Shown here in pieces: positions 61,301-64,000 of a stretch of 64,000 nt of DNA (positions are counted from its first letter, which is position 1; every line of letters begins with the position of its first letter). The position numbers were made by a program, and so were the translations under genes. Under the pieces are notes generated by a model, which saw nothing but the letters and a program-made list of their open reading frames with translations, was not told where the DNA came from and did no database searches. Source of the DNA: an uncultured Alphaproteobacteria bacterium (lineage in GTDB: Bacteria > Pseudomonadota > Alphaproteobacteria > HIMB59 > GCA-002718135); the NCBI GenBank assembly GCA_902585605.1, contig CACIED010000003.1:14881-78880 (forward strand). Reading direction: 5' to 3'.

Positions 61301-62454
61301 TTTAAAAAATTATTTATCCTTGTCATCGACTCTTCTATTTTTTCAATAGGTTGTAAATAAGATAAGCGTATATACTTATCATCTTCATCACCGAACAAAA
61401 TACCAGGAAACATAAGAACACCAGTATTAACAAGTAATTCTCTGCAAAAATTTGAAGCAGTCATATTTGAATTTGATACATTTGTATAAATATAAAAAGC
61501 ACCTCCTGGATCACCATAAGTAAAACCAATATCACTTAAGGCTTTCATGCTAAACTTTCTTCTTTCATTATATTCATTTTTCATTTTATTAATCTCTTCT
61601 TGAGGACCATCTAAAGCAGCTAAAGCTCCATATTGAGAAAATGTACATGAATTTATTGATAAGGCATGTCTTATTTCTGTCATTTTATTTATAATATCTT
61701 TCGGACCTGCAATATATCCAACTCTCCAACCAGTCATAGCATAAGTTTTAGAAAAACCATTTAGTGTTAATGTTCTTTCCTTCATTTTTTCAAGTGAACC
61801 AATTGATAGATGTTCATGCGAATCATAAATTAAGTCAGCATAAATCTCATCTGATATTATAATTAAATTATTATCTATTGCTATCTGAGCTATTTTTTTA
61901 ATATTATTTGGAGGTGTTACAGCACCTGTAGGATTATTTGGTGAAACAAGAACAAGCAACTTAGTTTTTTTAGTAATTTTTTGCTCAATTAATTCTGGCA
62001 TTAATGCAAAATTATCTTTTTCGTATGTGTGAACAGGTACAGGTTTAGCATTACACATCCTTACTGTTAAATCATATGTAGTAAATCTTGGTGAGGTAAT
62101 TAAGACTTCATCATCTGCTTTTAATAATGAAATCATTGCGAGAGCAATACTTTCTTGAACACCAGCTGTGATAATTATTTCATCTTCAGAATAATCTAAA
62201 TTATATTTTAGCTCAAAATTTTTAGATATAGATTTTCTCAATTCTGGCAGTCCAGTTGGAGGTGTGTAATGATGTTTGTTTTCATCAAGGGCTTTTTTTG
62301 CAGCCTCAACTATATGTCGTGGTGTGTGAAAATCTGGATCTCCTCTTCCTAAAGCTATTACATTATCCATACCCGAAGCTATTTTTAAAAGATCTGATCT
62401 TAATGTCTCATCGTCTAGTGATATTTCTTTAGATTTATTAAAAACTATGCTCAC
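61297..62454 (-). CDS. PLP-dependent aminotransferase, class I/II
   Basis: GDPDF, SPNNPTG, SDEIY, GFSKTYAMTGWRVG, GAFY. Confidence 0.9.
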   Translation of the reverse strand: MSIVFNKSKEISLDDETLRSDLLKIASGMDNVIALGRGDPDFHTPRHIVEAAKKALDENKHHYTPPTGLPELRKSISKNFELKYNLDYSEDEIIITAGVQESIALAMISLLKADDEVLITSPRFTTYDLTVRMCNAKPVPVHTYEKDNFALMPELIEQKITKKTKLLVLVSPNNPTGAVTPPNNIKKIAQIAIDNNLIIISDEIYADLIYDSHEHLSIGSLEKMKERTLTLNGFSKTYAMTGWRVGYIAGPKDIINKMTEIRHALSINSCTFSQYGALAALDGPQEEINKMKNEYNERRKFSMKALSDIGFTYGDPGGAFYIYTNVSNSNMTASNFCRELLVNTGVLMFPGILFGDEDDKYIRLSYLQPIEKIEESMTRINNFLK

Positions 62455-63689
62455 TATATTAATCTACTTCCATGAATATAAACTTGTTTTACATTAGATA
62501 AGTCATCTATATTTTCATCAGGTTTGCCTTGTACAATAATAAGATCTGCATCTTTACCAATTTCAATTGATCCTAATTTGTCTTCAATTTTATTTACTTT
62601 TGCTGCTCTATAAGTAGCAGATTGAATAGCATCTAAATTATCTTTAACTACACCAAGATCAATCATAAACTTCATTTCAGGAACTATAGCATCATGTGGT
62701 ACAACTGGTGAACCTGCATCTGTTCCAAAAATTATGTCAATGCCTGCTTTACTTGCTTTAACAAGTGAATCAAATCTCGATTTATCTTTAACAATTTTTT
62801 GTCGTTCTTTTATTTTCCATTCAGGAATATTATACTGTCTTGCAATTTCTTCCTTACTTTGCATTACTACTGGAGAAAAAGTTGTACATATTGGAATATT
62901 TTTTTTTGCAACTTTTTCAATTGTTGCATCTGTCATAGGCCCCCCATGTTCAATACAATCTATTCCAAAATCAGTAACTCTATTAATTGCTGCATCAAAA
63001 GTAGCATGTGCGGTAATATATAATCCATTTCGATGAGTCTCATCGATAACTGCCTCTAATTCTTCATCAGTAAATTCAAGAGTATCATGGCACGCCATAA
63101 TTTTAATTAGATCTGCACCACTTCCAACTTGTTCTCGTACTGCTCTTCGCATTTCATCAGCTCCAGAAGCTTCACGACAACACCAATATGTATGTCCTGC
63201 AGTTTGTACTATAGCTTCTCCACATATTTTTAATCTTGGACCTGGATATATACCTTGTTCTATTGCTTGCTTAGCAAAAATATTAGACTTGTTCATTCCT
63301 AAATCTCTTACAAGAGTTACACCTGCCCTCAATGATTTCAACATATTTGCACAAGATTTATAAGCTGAAATTTCAGATGGATCATCAAGTGACTGCTGAG
63401 CTAAATCATGTGTTCCATCCCAAGCAAGATGGGCATGCGAATTCATTAGTCCAGGTAAAATTGTATGATCCTTAAGTTCTAAAACTTTTTTGGAATTTGC
63501 ACTACTGTCTAAATCAGATTGAGAACCTGCTTTTATTATTTTACCATTATCTATTTCGACAAATCCATTTTCGATTACTTTAAGAGATTTTGTTTCAATT
63601 ACCCTGCATTTAAATAATATGTTCTCTTTTTGTAAATCAAAAAGTGGTTTAATTATTTTTCTAAATTTCCAAGGTGCTGCTTCTGGCAT
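62454..63689 (-). CDS. Metal-dependent amidohydrolase (Xaa-Pro dipeptidase-like subgroup)
   Basis: PGLMNSHAH, GVTLVRDLG, GADLIK, IEHG, GTDAG. Confidence 0.85.
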   Translation of the reverse strand: MPEAAPWKFRKIIKPLFDLQKENILFKCRVIETKSLKVIENGFVEIDNGKIIKAGSQSDLDSSANSKKVLELKDHTILPGLMNSHAHLAWDGTHDLAQQSLDDPSEISAYKSCANMLKSLRAGVTLVRDLGMNKSNIFAKQAIEQGIYPGPRLKICGEAIVQTAGHTYWCCREASGADEMRRAVREQVGSGADLIKIMACHDTLEFTDEELEAVIDETHRNGLYITAHATFDAAINRVTDFGIDCIEHGGPMTDATIEKVAKKNIPICTTFSPVVMQSKEEIARQYNIPEWKIKERQKIVKDKSRFDSLVKASKAGIDIIFGTDAGSPVVPHDAIVPEMKFMIDLGVVKDNLDAIQSATYRAAKVNKIEDKLGSIEIGKDADLIIVQGKPDENIDDLSNVKQVYIHGSRLI

Positions 63690-63701
63690 AAATTTTATCC
63701 T

Positions 63702-64000
63702 TTAGTTTAAGTTTATAATTCTATGATCAATACTTTTATCTAAAAAGCTTGATATTTGTTTTCCATTATTTACGTCCACAATCATTGAGCTAATAGTTCT
63801 ATATCCATCAATATTAGGTCTATAAATACCTGGCTCATTTGAAAAAATCATATTTTTTTTTAATATGGTTTTATCTCCAGGCGATAACCAAGGAGCTTCA
63901 TGTCCTTCAAATCCCATACCATGCCCTATACGATGTCTCACAAATTCGAAATAACCACTTTGCTTGTATATTGCTGTTGCAATTTCATTAATATTTTCAC
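63702..64000 (-). CDS. M24 (pita-bread fold) peptidase/creatinase-like, 3' part only
   Basis: Frame open to the window edge; HRIGHGMG, HEAP, NEPGIY. Confidence 0.8.
   Translation of the reverse strand, partial: ENINEIATAIYKQSGYFEFVRHRIGHGMGFEGHEAPWLSPGDKTILKKNMIFSNEPGIYRPNIDGYRTISSMIVDVNNGKQISSFLDKSIDHRIINLN

Noticed and set aside
1-64000. CRISPR array, tRNA, rRNA, prophage
   Set aside because: Intergenic gaps are all under about 200 bp, with no periodic repeats, cloverleafs or phage genes recognised

Overview
A gene-dense, very AT-rich (below 30% GC by eye) bacterial window. ALA synthase HemA, a GcrA-family domain, a MotA/MotB-like pair and very short intergenic gaps point to a streamlined marine alphaproteobacterium (SAR11/HIMB59-like; inference). 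Layout: (1) 1-9.5 kb, a sugar-sulfonate locus: a Gfo/Idh/MocA protein with the motif pattern of GH188 NAD+-dependent sulfoquinovosidases, a SqvD-like fucose-isomerase-fold isomerase, a mutarotase, a PfkB kinase, an SlcC-like sulfolactate dehydrogenase and archaeal-like ComDE. This suggests a mosaic sulfoglycolysis-to-sulfoacetaldehyde pathway. (2) 9.6-18.7 kb, a sugar ABC transporter, a Cys-type sulfatase, a non-catalytic FGE-fold protein, a large unknown TIM-barrel-like protein, uxuA and an aldo/keto reductase. (3) 18.7-35.2 kb, housekeeping genes, including a stand-alone GcrA C-terminal domain behind tandem NrdR-like boxes and a compact heme cluster with a HemC-HemD-like fusion. (4) 35.4-64 kb, peptide/nickel-type ABC systems and a large orphan amidohydrolase/aminotransferase/SDR catabolic island. 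An 11.3-kb block of it is bracketed by about 150-bp, 92%-identical direct repeats at ABC-ATPase 3' ends. Three clear and one possible +1 homopolymer frameshifts were found, most likely sequencing errors. No rRNA, tRNA, CRISPR array, transposase, integrase or reverse transcriptase was recognised. All family assignments come from motif recognition, not database searches.
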